Assembly: GCA_001949185.1 (NCBI GenBank)
Contig: BDGG01000012.1
Coordinates: forward strand, 1,680,795 to 1,744,794
From: Ramazzottius varieornatus
Lineage: Eukaryota; Animalia; Tardigrada
Direction of reading: 5' to 3'
DNA: 64,000 nucleotides
Under the pieces are notes generated by a model that worked only from the letters and a program-made list of their open reading frames with translations, ran no database searches and was not told where the DNA came from. Positions 1-13,380 of this stretch are shown here, piece by piece. Each line of letters begins with the position of its first letter. Position 1 is the stretch's first letter. The translations under genes were made by a program, and so were the position numbers.

Positions 1-182
1 ACGAAAATCCGCCTAATAAGGAGTGGCGCGTTTACGGAATGTCAGTAGATTTCATCCCATGATCGTCCATTTAACTAACATTGGGGACTTTTATGGCTAT
101 GTAAAGAACCTTATCCAGTCAAACTTGAGATAACTTTGTCTCACCTTCGAAGTGATTTCTCTTCGCTTTACGGTTCACTGAC

Positions 183-3100
183 ATGGATACACAGAACGTT
201 ACTGGAAATTCCACCGGAAGTCATTCTGGCGGGCTAATGAGGCTTGACCATTGTGGATGGGAGCGCCAGAGGTTCATTCCCCACGCCGTTCGTCATCTTG
301 ATCACACTACTTATCCCATCCTCCTTTTCATTGCCACCGTAGGAAATGTCCTTACCATCATGATCCTGAGGAAAGAAAGACCATATGGTTCCAAAGGGAT
401 TTACCTTAGTGCTGTGGCAGTCATCGACCTTCTGTACATGTAAGTACTTCCAAGCCCGGTGTTGGTCCCCGGATCCTCCCAACTTCCGAGCGATCTTCTT
501 TGAGAATGATACCACGAGAAGGAACGTTACTGGTAACCGTTAAGCTTCCTAGTTTACTGATGTAGCAAATTTTCGTCAATGAAACCATTGTGGGTTGACC
601 ATAGTGTAAAATGTGCATAGCGCAACAATATTGAAAACGTCGAACAACGGTCTGAACACTGATTGGAGTAGGGGCAGAAAAATCCCGACACGCCCTTCGG
701 ATTGGATGACGTCAAGCTTTACTAAAAAATAAATCGTAAAACACGTAACCAAAAGTAGGAAACAAACACAATTCATGAGACGGGATCACAGGTGAATTCT
801 ATCCTTAGGTTTCCTAACAACTTTTGTTTCTTTGGGTTTCGAGAGCTTTTCAACCTGAGTCCGACGCTTCGAGCAGAAATACAACCGACATTTGAAGAAA
901 AACTTGGCAAGACCAGAGATCACGTTTGAAATACCGCAAGAACAGTCTACAGAGCCGAAATTCTCTTCTTTCCAAATTTTGAGGATATTTTCCGAAGCAA
1001 TCGCGGTGAAAGTCATGAGAGGGTGTCCTTCAATAGCGTCATCGAACTTCGACCGAAAGATGTTCTCGAGATCCCGAATGAATGAAAGGAAGGACGGCGT
1101 TCCATAAAGCAGCCCACCAAGGTCTAGACGCTCAACCCACTTTGTGATTGTGTGGAGCTCTACTGCGCAGACGTCTTACTACAAGCAAACGACTGCTTCG
1201 TTACAGCGTCATGTACATACACGTCTGGATAAAAATTACCGCAGATAAGGGCTTTGAAAGGCAAGTAGCGCAAAGCGATTCTCGGATGTTTCTCCTACGA
1301 ATCAAGTTAACACGGAGATAGTAAAGCGCGGAGTCATCGAAGAGGTCCAGTTCCGGTGTAGGATTTGTTATAGCTAAACTCTCGCGTATAACTTCGTTAA
1401 TGGTTTGGTCAATACTCGGCTCTTCTCCAGTTTGCACTTCAGACTCAGGTTGCCCTTCGGTTTTAAATGATTGATGAAGCTGTAAAAACAAATGAGACAT
1501 CACGTACTTTCTTCGCCGCGGACTCCATCAGACCTGGAAAATAATCTTATTGGTCAAAAGATATTTGTTTCCACCAATCAAAACACTGCCGAAATCATAA
1601 AGCTCCTTCCTGCTCAGCGAAATGTTTTGTGATGCGTGAGAGCTCAGGCTTTATAGCCTTAGTGCGACAAGCACATGCTTACACTGCACACGCACAAACA
1701 AAAGCAGAAAGTACGTACGTGCTTATCGCTCTCGTGCCGAAATCGCCTAGCTGTCATGCACCACGATACATGCGCCATTCGTTGACGCGTACACGCATAC
1801 AAACAGGTTAGCGGGACATGACTCGGCTTAGATGTCCACTAACCTGCAACGCAAACACCCACAGAGCGGAGCAGAACAAAGGGAAGACTCTAGGGAAGAG
1901 TCAGCAGCAGAATAAACGGCGACAGAAAAGGCCAGACAGACGACAAGAGCTATGAAGGTGATGATGGGACAAGTCGAGGCTTCTTCGAGAAGCCTGAAAG
2001 AAACAGACGGTTAGCCAGCAGATGGTCCACTCTCCACCGTCAAAGGCTCGAACCAAGCACTTACTCGGTAAACAGAGGCAGAGGGATAAAGGGGGATACA
2101 GGGGACGAAGATAGCAAGAGATGCCGGAAAGCAGGAAGATCTCGTAACCTGCCGGTAATCTGATGCAATATGCCACCAGCACTAATAAATAATCTAGAAC
2201 ATAACCAAACCTATCGGTAACATAGCCTTGTTGCTGTGTTCGATGAAAGCTGGAGTTGATTTAGCTGTTGATTGATGGAAAATTTTCCACTATGGTCAAC
2301 CCACACTGATGAAACTATTCATGATAATCGAACGCGGATGGTTTTTATTTGGGCATGTTGAGGTCGTCTGATCGCATCGATGGGTGACGTCGATACAGCT
2401 AGACTCGAGGTGGTACACAGTCTGGGTGTGATAACAAGGAGGAAGTGACAGCTCGGTGCATCAGCCTTCCACCTGTTCCTATGAGCTGCCCCGGTCCCGT
2501 TAGCGAGCTCAGAAACCCCTTTTTATTGAGGAATAAAAAGCCAAAGAGCATGAAGGGTGGGATGGCGGTTGAGAAATTCGTGAGATGCAAAGAGCGCGAA
2601 TGAAATTGTGTATGAAGAATGTTCCGTCGTGAGAACTTCGTGAACATATCCATGCGGCACAGTCTCTGCCGGAAAGCAGGATGAGTCAACAGCTGGCCAT
2701 GGCGAGTTACTGGATAGAGTTAGCGAACAAGGAAGTACATTGAGCCGACCAGCAAGAGTACGTGTATGCGGCGCACGTGTAAATTGCACCGCATACACGT
2801 ATCAGGACAGTCCAGGAAAAACGCCATGTCCGGTTAGGTAGTCGTAGGAAGGGAGAACGCTTATCATTCAAAAACATTAACCACCATTATCGCTAAAGAC
2901 AATAATTTTCAATTACTGTTACGAGGTAAAACTAGCGGACTTGTGCATGTGAAATCGCATGGCGAAGTTGTTCACAAGGGAAACAGAGAGAGTAGGAGCT
3001 GGACAAGTCCGCTAGTTTTACCTCGTATCGTTATCTTTAACTTTTATTTTTGCCATAAAATACTACAAGAAATCTTCTGTGAACGACCATTAGTTTTCTG

Positions 3101-4381
3101 AGCTTTATCGATCTGTCTTCTGTCTTTTGTCAAAGATCGTTTTCCTCTCCACAGGTGGGGAGCTTTGCTTACCTATATCTCCATCTATGAAAACGAGCTC
3201 CAGGGTGTCTCCGGCAATAGGATCCGCTACTTTGTCGACCTTTGCAGCGGAACTACCATGTTCCTCCAGGAATTTGCCGTCATCGCATCGGCATGGTAAA
3301 TCCGCCTAATCACCACACGGAACATCCTGTAAACAGGAGCAATGAGAAGCTGTCGGGAATTTCCCTGCAAGACAAACGAGCTGGAATGAACTGAATCAAA
3401 TTAGGAACCCTGCCAATCAAATTACCGCCTATTCTTACTGTATGTACAACTTTGCTTACAGGCTCATTACGAGCTTCACGGTGGAGCGATTTGTTGCCAT
3501 CCGATTCCCTCTCCGACATCTTGCAGTAGGGAAACAACGGTGTTCAAAAATCGTGATGTTCATCATAGTATTGTCCGCTGCTTTCGTGGTAGTGCGATTG
3601 ATCGACTATTACTGGGCGTGGCTCAACTACATCGGTCTGGATCCTCGCCCGGAAAAGGTTCCTACGCGTCCTCCGCTACTTGCTCGGTGGCACAAGATCT
3701 ACCTCTGGGGCCTGGTACGTGTGACACTGTGCGAAAACCATTTAGCATTGAAGCATTGAGTTCTGCAGTGTGTAACTGTTACCGTAGGCAGTCATACAAA
3801 TAGCCAATTTCCTGCTAATCTGCACATTCAACGCCCTACTGTTGTACGTCATCGCCAAGCAAAACAACACTCGAAGTACCACACTTCTGGCTACCCGACA
3901 CGATGGGAAGCTCGAAGCCAAGCTGGATCGGGGAGCTGTGGCACTACTCCTTTCTTGTGTTATGCTGTACTTGATCACACAATCGCCAGGTTTCATCTAC
4001 AACGTATGGGATTTACTCAGTCGATCGTGCATAAGAAAGATGTCATCTGATACGAAAATGTTTCTCGCGCCAATTCTAAATGTCTTACTGAACGTGAATT
4101 TTTCCGTAAATTTTATGTTGTACTGTGGAGCCAGCCCAACGTTCCGGAGTGCAGCCCAGAAGCTCCTGACGGGGAGCTGGACTTCCAACCTGCGGAAGAT
4201 GTCCCTCCTTTCTACAATGTCCGAAAGCCTGACCACCAGACCATCCAGATCCATCACTCGACGACTGCGGTCTCTGAGCACCGACTCTACCCAGTTCGAT
4301 GCAGTCCGTGCCGGCAGAAGACGCATGACTGAAAACCATGAAAGTTTACTAGCGAATTCCAAAGCAAACGCTAAACACTGA
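183..4381 (+). CDS. Class A (rhodopsin-like) GPCR, FMRFamide/sex-peptide-receptor-like; 4 exons (~183-439, 3155-3294, 3462-3713, 3788-4381)
   Basis: TM1 'VGNVLT', TM2 'YLSAVAVIDL', TM3 'AWLITSFTVERFVAIRFPL', TM6 'YLITQSP', TM7 'NFSVNFMLYC' plus helix 8 'FR'. Exons join in frame at GT-AG sites. Confidence 0.88.
586..2308 (-). mobile_element. Non-autonomous P-superfamily DNA transposon in GPCR intron 1
   Basis: 27-bp TIRs (CATTGTGGGTTGACCATAGTGTAAAAT at left; reverse complement of right end CAGTGTGGGTTGACCATAGTGGAAAAT). Exact 7-bp TSD ATGAAAC at 579-585 and 2309-2315. Minus-strand remnant 'SALYYL...CATC' and 'WVERLDLGGLLYGTPSFLSFIRDLENIF...AKFFFKCRLYF' resembles the P-transposase C-terminus. 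Confidence 0.8.
2920..3027. mobile_element. Tiny Tc1/mariner-type MITE
   Basis: TA|CGAGGTAAAACTAGCGGACTTGT ... ACAAGTCCGCTAGTTTTACCTCG|TA: perfect 23-bp TIRs flanked by TA. Confidence 0.75.
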
Positions 4382-5526
4382 TCTCACTCTTGCAGATGCT
4401 TGAAAGCTTCTTGCGGAAACGAGTTTGAGCGCAACAGAAAAGATATCATCCGAGGCTTAAACCGTAGTTTCATCCCAATTGAAAACTTAATGGCCAAGGT
4501 CCAAGAAAAAGAGCCCGACGTTATTGTTGCGGTTTACCTGACCACTTACACATATGCGTTTTACGTACTAATCATAGCCACGTTCTTAGAAGTTCGGTAC
4601 AGTCCACTCGCTCGTGATCTGTTACCTAATTTGACGGTTTCAAGACCGAAAGATCAGGAAAATTAACGAGCCTCCTCGCCCATGCCGCAGCTCAGCTAGA
4701 CGCATGCGACTTGATTACTTGATTACATCGGTCGAAGCATGGTGTTATGTATATGTTACGTAATTTTGAATGTTGGCTTGGCCTGCGTTATGGTGAATGT
4801 ATGGCGGGCCGAGAACTGAAGCCGTGAAATTAGGTAACAGATCTCGAACGAGTGGACTGTATGTTGTACCGTCGTTGATTTTCATTTCTTCCTCGGTCTC
4901 GAGAATGTGCGCTCATCTGGCAGGGATCGCGCTTTGGTAATGCTGAGCGAGAAGAGTCCTGGCTTCCGCAAGTACCCTATCCGATTCGATCAGCAACTTC
5001 TCGATCTCCTCCATACTTGTCGTCGTCACCTGTATGACAGACTTGCTTTTGGCAGATGGCTGTGACGCACGCTTCTTTAGCCCTGAAATTAACACAAAAC
5101 GAAACCGAGTCAGACTCAGACCATACGCCGAGAATAGGAACCTCAACAAGACAATAACAATTATCATTACGATGACACAGAGCCAGCACCGGAAGTCAAT
5201 CAATGATCTCGGTTTCATCGCCAAAGGGAATTTCGACTCTTGCCTTCACGAAGTTTTCTCTCCTCCAGATCTCTTTGCGCAGCTCGAAGGTTCTTTGATG
5301 AACGCGTGCCCACTCGTCGCGCTTTCTCCTCGGCAGTTTCGCGTAATGAGTGGCCGTAATCGATCGCAGAAACCCACTCTCGTTCCACAGAGCGAGCGGA
5401 AAAATGATTCTGCATGGCTGGCCGTTGGCGGATCATGGAAGGAGGAAAATCAAAACAGGATGGATTCTTGTCAAGGAATCTACTGTGTCAGCGTGTTGTA
5501 CGAGGAGCTAGACCTAACTTTGTCCA

Positions 5527-5619
5527 CTGGCTAAAATATTGTACACTACGTTGTGAACTAGTCACAGGCACTTTGGACTTGTAGCGCACAAGTGACGCAG
5601 TGTACCAAGTTTTAGCCAG
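5527..5619. repeat. Imperfect inverted repeat / MITE-like
   Basis: CTGGCTAAAATATTGTACACTACGT ... ACGCAGTGTACCAAGTTTTAGCCAG. Confidence 0.5.
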
Positions 5620-5761
5620 GAGAGGAGACAGATTCAAGGCTGCACATGCTTCCATTAGTGGTCGGTGACGTAAGGGGCGGATCTAATGAATATTAAATTT
5701 TAGAGTAAGACCGGAGTGACGCAGTGTTATTGTGGTTTTTTAGGACAAACCGCATTCATTC

Positions 5762-5961
5762 TACTGTACTACCTCGCGTAGTCACGTGACAGGCCAGTAA
5801 ATATTGCGTGGCGGGGATAAAAACTTCACTGCCATCAATCAAGAATTCATCGGTAATCAAGCGTAGCAATATGCCAAAATCAAACAGCAGCGATACGAGG
5901 CTCCGGGTCTAATTCACTGGTCTGTCACGTGACTGCGCGAAATCTTAGAGGTGATACAGTA
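5762..5961. mobile_element. MITE-like element with TA termini
   Basis: TACTGTACTACCTC-GCGTAGTCACGTGACAGGCCAGT ... ACTGGTCTGTCACGTGACTGCGCG...GAGGTGATACAGTA inverted ends. Confidence 0.6.
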
Positions 5962-6033
5962 TTTCGGCTTAGCCACTGTCCATTAAAAAAAACTTTGTTC
6001 TGAGATTAACCCATCCATAAAGGATGGTTCACC

Positions 6034-8871
6034 ATGGACTTGTTCGACTACCATGAGAAAATCTCCAGGCCGGCGTTGGTAGATAGCGCTTGTGTGGCCG
6101 TGATTATCGGTGAAGCTGGGATATCAAGCGGAACCAGGCCGAGTTCTAGCGAGCCTCGCAATGTTGCTCAAAGTCAAAGCCATCGCCGTGGACGACAGGA
6201 AGCTGCACCTGTCCTGTGGCGTTTTCGCCGAGTTGGCGGAAGCCACTTCAACTTTGGCAGCAACAGAGCATGTGATCGATGGGAAGCAGGTAAAGCATGT
6301 GGATTTGCCTGAAGAAGTGTTCGGCCAGTTCCGGGCTGTTTATCCCTTTTTTCGCAGGTTGACGTAAAAGCCTGCTTTGAGAACAGTCGAAGGGGACCTG
6401 ATGGAATGTACCGCAGAGAAGCAACCGGCGATGCCCGAAACGTAGGCGCTATCCGGTTTTTGCAGGCAGACTCTTCGAGGACAAAGCAGGAAAACGTTGG
6501 CTTTCTCTGTTTTTAGATGAGCGGAAATGGAGGCCCGGGTCGAAATGGGCCACAAGGAAAGACGGATCCCCAAAAGATTTTCGTGGGCGGACTGACTTTG
6601 GATACTACAAAGGAACAGCTGGAGGAAGCCCTCTCGCCATACGGAGAAGTATGTTCGGGGATAGCAACGAACAACGTTGTGCTTTTATAGTTCGAATACC
6701 TTATTAACAGGTTCAGCACGTCATTGTCATGATGGACACGGGTACAGGTCGCTCCAAAGGTAGTGCGCGCCATATTCCGACCCGCCAACTGGGCGTGCTT
6801 TTTCCCGATACTCCGTTCATCCTGCACTAAATCTTTGACTGTTCGACAGGCTTTGGTTTCGTGACATTTGGCGACAAAGGAATATGCGAGAATCTCGTCA
6901 AGCAGCACTTCATCGAAATAGCTGGCAAGCAGGTGAAAACCAGAAATGCTGTGAAAACATTTACCGGTTCTGTGTGTATCATTTTTTGTAGGTGGAAATA
7001 AAGCCAGCCATCATTTCCGGGTCGAGATCCTACGAGCCCAGCGGTAATCAGCATACCGGCCAGTACAATGCTGGACCTCGTGATGGTCCGCGCAGTTACG
7101 AGGGACCGCGTCGAGGATCTTACAACCCGCGGGGTCGTGGAGGATATTATCAAGCAGGCGGGGACGCCAGCCATAACAGTCGCGGCTACGGACCGAGAGG
7201 CGACGCTGGTGCCTCTTCCTGCGCAGGAAACGGCAGAAGTCGCGGTGGCCAGAATCTGCAGTGTGAGTTCGTGTCATAAACATTCATACCCTCTTTAGTC
7301 ACCACTTACCAGTTGTTCATGAGTTCTCCTTTCACTGACTTTCAGACCAAACACAAGGTTCGCCGCAATGGACTCCGTACGGTCAGTATCCGCCCAGCGT
7401 TCCCGCTGAATATTCGCCCGAGGTTTACGCTAACTTCGGTACGTATTCTAAGTGGGTTGTGAGCTTCACCATAAAGGTCTCTCATCGTTCTCCAAGCAAT
7501 GAGTCATTTTGCAGAATTATTTGCAGCGTACCCGCCAGGCTATGGCTACGATCTTCAGGGAACTCCTTATGCCGGTTACGCCTATGCGCAGTTCACGCCT
7601 CAAGGTTCGAACCGTGCAAACTCTTGCCTGTCATTTTTGCTATGAACTCTACTATCTTNNNNNNNNNNNNNNNNNNNNNNNNNNNNNNNNNNNNNNNNNN
7701 NNNNNNNNNNNNNNNNNNNNNNNNNNNNNNNNNNNNNNNNNNNNNNNNNNNNNNNNNNNNNNNNNNNNNNNNNNNNNNNNNNNNNNNNNNNNNNNNNNNN
7801 NNNNNNNNNNNNNNNNNNNNNNNNNNNNNNNNNNNNNNNNNNNNNNNNNNNNNNNNNNNNNNNNNNNNNNNNNNNNNNNNNNNNNNNNNNNNNNNNNNNN
7901 NNNNNNNNNNNNNNNNNNNNNNNNNNNNNNNNNNNNNNNNNNNNNNNNNNNNNNNNNNNNNNNNNNNNNNNNNNNNNNNNNNNNNNNNNNNNNNNNNNNN
8001 NNNNNNNNNNNNNNNNNNNNNNNNNNNNNNNNNNNNNNNNNNNNNNNNNNNNNNNNNNNNNNNNNNNNNNNNNNNNNNNNNNNNNNNNNNNNNNNNNNNN
8101 NNNNNNNNNNNNNNNNNNNNNNNNNNNNNNNNNNNNNNNNNNNNNNNNNNNNNNNNNNNNNNNNNNNNNNNNNNNNNNNNNNNNNNNNNNNNNNNNNNNN
8201 NNNNNNNNNNNNNNNNNNNNNNNNNNNNNNNNNNNNNNNNNNNNNNNNNNNNNNNNNNNNNNNNNNNNNNNNNNNNNNNNNNNNNNNNNNNNNNNNNNNN
8301 NNNNNNNNNNNNNNNNNNNNNNNNNNNNNNNNNNNNNNNNNNNNNNNNNNNNNNNNNNNNNNNNNNNNNNNNNNNNNNNNNNNNNNNNNNNNNNNNNNNN
8401 NNNNNNNNNNNNNNNNNNNNNNNNNNNNNNNNNNNNNNNNNNNNNNNNNNNNNNNNNNNNNNNNNNNNNNNNNNNNNNNNNTCTTCTCCGCCACAAATGG
8501 TAAGCTCATCTTTCCACACCTACAAGAATTTTCGGCGATTTTCTGGCCGTCTAAGACTCTCGGGGCCTTGGTTTGCCGTATCGGGATCACGAAGAAAAAT
8601 TCTGCAGTGAATTCGTACAACTAACATCGCTGTTCCCGCTTTTCAGAATATGCATGCTGCAGATGTCAACCCCAGAATACTGAACCTCCATTCTACCACG
8701 CAGTTTCCGTCCATCCAGTCGCACTTTTCGCCGGTGGTGGGACCGCCTCAGCGACCGCAGGGCTTTGCCGGTAAGCAGATGCCGGACTCACCTAACAGTA
8801 GTCACCCTCCTCCTGGTCGGAATATGGGTTTGGGAGATGGGGTTATGAAGGACAATCCCTACCGCCGCTGA
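6034..8871 (+). CDS. DAZAP1/Hrp48 (hnRNP A/B-Musashi family) RNA-binding protein; 5' start uncertain, interrupted by assembly gap
   Basis: RRM 'KIFVGGLTLDTTKEQLEEALSPYGE..MMDTGTGRSKGFGFVTF..HFIEIAGKQVEIKPA'. RGG/Gly-Tyr-rich region. C-terminus 'NPYRR' resembles DAZAP1 'HPYRR'; the link across the gap is inferred. Confidence 0.7.
7659..8481. other. Assembly gap (N run)
   Basis: Run of N. Confidence 1.
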
Positions 8872-9457
8872 ACGTCGCGCAAGAGCCTGCCTCCGAACAT
8901 GACCAAAGACTAGCTGGACTTGATCAAAGAAGGTCCCTCTTTTCTGTTACTTCTAGTGCGCTTGTTTTCCTTGTTACTTGTTCCTAGTACTACGGTCTAC
9001 CTCGGGAATGCCCATTCTGTAGATCTGTTCTTCACATTCCTCTTTTCAGGATTCTAACTTATAGAACTGTGGTGCAGTATTTTTCTCAAATCATACTTCA
9101 CAACTGTACCCAAGCCTTCAAATATCCCAAAATATCCCAAGCCTTCAAAAGATTGATTGTCTGATGCTCGTAAATAAGACGGTGGAAATTAAGCGCTATC
9201 ACGGACCATCAGCGTTAAACTCAGCCTCACTGCTAACGGTTACGAAGAATGGAAGCGAACAAAGCGAAAGACATCAGCATAATTTGGAATCAGATCCAAA
9301 GGAAAGTTGCTCGCAAAGTATTCAGAAAGAAATACAAAGTTCAAAATGTAAAAGCTATAAAATGGAAATGCTGGAAAGGAAAGAGTTTGAGTACGCAGAA
9401 AGAACATTGATGTGGCGGAAGTAAACTTCCGAGGAGTTGATTGCGGAATGAGATTGG

Positions 9458-10561
9458 TTAGCCGAGTCTCGAACGAGAGCCATGTAACGCGTCCTTTGTA
9501 TCGACTTTCAGCATGGAAGCGTTCATAGCGCTTGGTCGCCGGCTAACGAGGGTACTGAAGCTCTGCGCTATCTTCAGATCAATATTCAGCCGGTGAAGCG
9601 TAATGGACGTGCTGAAGATCGCTAGCAGAACTCCAATTAGCCCACAGCCCGCTAACAAGGAATTGAAAATGGACACTTCCGTGGCGCTGATCTTGTATGA
9701 CCGCGCTGGAAGGAGCAGAAACTAATTAGTTGAGCGACCTTTCCCAATTGCCGAAAACAACAAAGCAACAGTACGGAATTGAGGATAGTTTACCGTCTGG
9801 TGCGTTTGTTTTGTCGATGAGTTCGCTGGCGTGGTTATACGTGTAAACCGCGCAAACGATCTCGCTGATGGACGAAGCTCCCAACAAGGCTCCGACAACG
9901 AAGAAGATTTTGGCCAGCATCATTCGCACAGCAAGACCGAGTTTCCTCCACAGTGTCAAGTACCCGACGACTGCGTAGGTGATGAGGAAGCAGCCGCTCC
10001 AAAAGCCGATGCTCCATCTCCAATGTAGAGAGTTATGAACATAAGCTGCAAGTCAGACAGATAATTATGCATCATGTGACGGAGCAATTTTCTTTTTGTG
10101 ATTGACTTACTGAATGTTTGGATAGCGAACCCGGCGCATCCTGTTGCCAGTGCGATGCTGCATAAGATTAGGATAATTTGGCGGAGTGTGGGCAGATCGA
10201 AGCTGGAACGCTGCGTTACAAATCGATCGACGGACTGGAGATCCGGCGTTAAGGCCGAAGGAACTTCCAAAAGCTGTGCCGAGTGCCGATTCTGCTTCTG
10301 AAGGTTACTGTCAACTCGTCCACGGGATGGCTGGGAACTATCAAGACGCCCTCGGGAGGGTTTGTTGCTTGAATAATACACTCGCCGTTCGATGTTATCG
10401 TTAAAGGATAAACGTCGTGGTGTCTTGGTATCCCCGTTTCTTGTCTCACTCTTCGTGATTATAACGATCGGCGCCGCGAGAGGGGTCGGGCTGACGCTGC
10501 TGGTTAGGGGAAACGTCTCGGCTTCAGCTGCGTCTTCGGTATAGGAAGGCATCTTGTCCAT
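9458..10561 (-). CDS. Four-TM protein, MS4A/CD20-like, 3 exons
   Basis: Long polar N-terminus, then four hydrophobic segments, including 'WSIGFWSGCFLITYAVVGYL' (MS4A-type G-W-G motif) read in the spliced frame. Confidence 0.55.
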
Positions 10562-11827
10562 ATGGTGTTAATCCATCGCTATGTCAAAGCAACCGGAAGG
10601 TGACGGCTGGTTTGCCAGCGACGACTTTAATATCAACGGTCTGCCCTTGGAAGCAATCTATAACGATAACAGAGATAACAGATATGACTTTGCAGCACTC
10701 ATTCGCTTTGTAGAAATACAAATGCAGAATTTATTGAACGATCAGCAGAAAGGATAGCTAGGTTACTGCTGTACAATGAGACTTACTTTCTGCGACGATG
10801 AAAGCGTGATCACTGTTCAGCAGCCGTCCTCGATGGAGAAGGCAACAACGATTACATTTCCAATGACTTCATTTCCTCTCCGAGCCTTACATACGATAGC
10901 TGTCAGATAAACGTCTTTTGTCACGCAAGATCGAAGACAAACAACTGACACTGTGGTCTGCGGCACAAAACGCCGAAAACAGAATGAATAATTATGCACT
11001 TACCCGGTCTCACCAGCCTTGCCCAGAGACTGGAAACGCCCATAGAAAATCCGTTCTCTCCTCCTAACAAGCTTAGCAAGCTGTATCTAGTTGGTCTTGA
11101 CTGATATTGAATCCCTCCCTACAAGATCGTCAGGATGAAACTTCGAGCTGTAAAGAAGAGCCAATAATCATTTTCTTTCCTGAAGCTTCGAAAGCGTGAG
11201 CAAGAGCATCTGCTCAACAGATGACTGCCATTAGAAGCTACAGTAAAGAGATGAGCACAAAAAGTGTGGGCGTGTCTACCGCCCGGGCCCAGCGGAAGCA
11301 CGTGACAATTCGTCTTGACAACATGAAACGGCCGCAGATTTCATTTTCGCCACGTGCCGGGCAAACTCGTAGTCTCTTTGGGACCTTAAATTTTTACTGC
11401 CCAGTTTTCTGTTCCACTATCACATTGTGCCAAGTACTTCTTAATATGCTGCCCAAAACGTTTCCTCTATTCTTCACGGCGTAGCAAAGAACAGCTCCAA
11501 GCAGCGCGTGCGAGTAAGTATCAGAGATAGGCTAGGTTTTCGCAGCAGCGCCGCCCTGCGACAAACTCTTGTCACTTTGAACATAAAACCGGGATTCTGG
11601 ACCGGGATGATGGTTAGATTTGCGGTAGCTGACTTTGAGTTTACCACCACTTGTGGAGGCCTTCAACGATGAGAATTTCCAACAACAAACAGCCCTTCCG
11701 CTTCGTAAATGACAAACCCCATAACCGTCAACAGGAAACCGAGAAGACCAACCAAAAGGAAGTAAAACACTATGTTACTATCGCAGAGTCTGACGAAACA
11801 CAGGTGACTCAACAGCATATTCAAAAG

Positions 11828-13380
11828 CTATATTTCAAAGCCAGGGATGAGATGCTTCAACGCTACCACTGTACAGGCATGTTCCGCGTCCTTCTTGGAC
11901 CGGTGAGGAACTGTACTCGTGTAGGTCTTCTTGCCAACCGTCACGCTCCCGCAGAAAGCCCGACCTGCATACGTGAATTCATAGCTGGCCGAATCGATCC
12001 CATGGCCAACGCACCATTCCAAAAGGCGACTCTTGGGAGTATGTGTATTGTTGGCTCTTTTCAATCTTTTGGAGATCGGTGAATAATCCAGGCTTTCGCT
12101 AACAATCAGACCATCTTCTGAGCACTGATCACGAGGGCGCTTTTCTGTTGGACTAGCATAGATTATAGCCCCTCTATCTTCGAGCGACTGGTCATTCGGA
12201 TCTCTTCCTCTCAGACGGATCTGTTCGTCGTAGTACTTCTCATAGTGGAATATCTCGCAGATCTCCCTAAAGTCTCTGGTAGCTAAGAACTGCTGTCCTC
12301 TGGGTGTACTAGTGTCTCCGAAGAGCTGCTGGATCGCGTATTTAGTGTTTCGGTAGGAGCAGTCAAAGTCGATAGCTTTCTTCATGTAGTCGGAAATCAT
12401 CTGTTCGCGAGGTAGCTGGCCCTCCTTCCGAAATAAGGAAGGATTCCGCTGCACGGCTCTGGCCAACATCACGGAAGAAGCACCACAAGCTAGGCGGAAC
12501 TTTTCTATGTCTTCGTACGAGTGTACATCGGCGGAGCCTCCATTCGCGATGACCGGAATACTGATGGTGGAAGCTATAATTCGGATGGCTTCACAGTTGT
12601 TGACGTGACGAGGTCGTTCCTGAAGGACAGGAACAATGCATGTCAATGATCCACGTTGTTAGAAGTTTCAAGTGAAGCTGGCCGTGACGTCACCACGAAG
12701 CCCGTATATTCAGTCATTACGTATTATGTGTACCGTACATTCCGTGACGTTTTAGGTTCTTATAAACAGGTCGTATTGTGAACTTGCGCATGGTTTTGAT
12801 CTCGCTGGCTAAAGTACAAAACGATTACCTCTTTCGTCCGGCCATGAACAGCCAAAGCATCGACACCTGTAGTTTCGATCCTCTTCACCAGTTCCAGAGT
12901 ATCCTCCATCCGTGGAAGCAGTCGGATTTTACAAGTGAGCGATTTGGAAAAGACAGCGCGACACTGGCGAAGAATCTGTTCAATGAGCTCTGGATTCTTC
13001 AGCAGTGCCGCTCCCATCCCACCTTTCACACTGTAGTCTTTTGGACATCCCATGTTAATGTCCAGACCTGCGATGTCCCGTTCCATCATTGCGGCCACTG
13101 CTGCGGCTTGTTCAGGAACAGCTGTGCCAATTTGCAGGACGACTCTTTCTGCTTCGTCCGGATGAGTGCGGAAGATGATTTCACCGTCAGTGTGAACGTA
13201 GTCTATGGTACCAAAAACAGGATTTTCGACTCGCCGACACTGTAGAAGTTTGGTATCCACGATTTCCTCGGAGTAAGCAATGTCACAACCGTAGTCCAGG
13301 CAGAGCAGGCGAAAGGGAAGCGTCCCCATACGGACCATTGGCGCAAGGATTACATCGTTGTCGTACTTGAACCGCTTCAT
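11828..13380 (-). CDS. DUS2: tRNA-dihydrouridine(20) synthase with C-terminal dsRBD, 2 exons
   Basis: 'ILAPMVRMGTLPFRLL', 'DINMGCPK', 'VHGRT', 'PVIANGGS'; dsRBD 'PKSRLLEW...SKKDAEHAC'. Confidence 0.95.

Noticed and set aside
4913-5534. Overlapping 103-aa and 166-aa ORFs on opposite strands
   Set aside because: No recognisable motif or convincing gene structure.
7459-8624. Long ORFs in several frames
   Set aside because: Artefacts of translating through the N gap.
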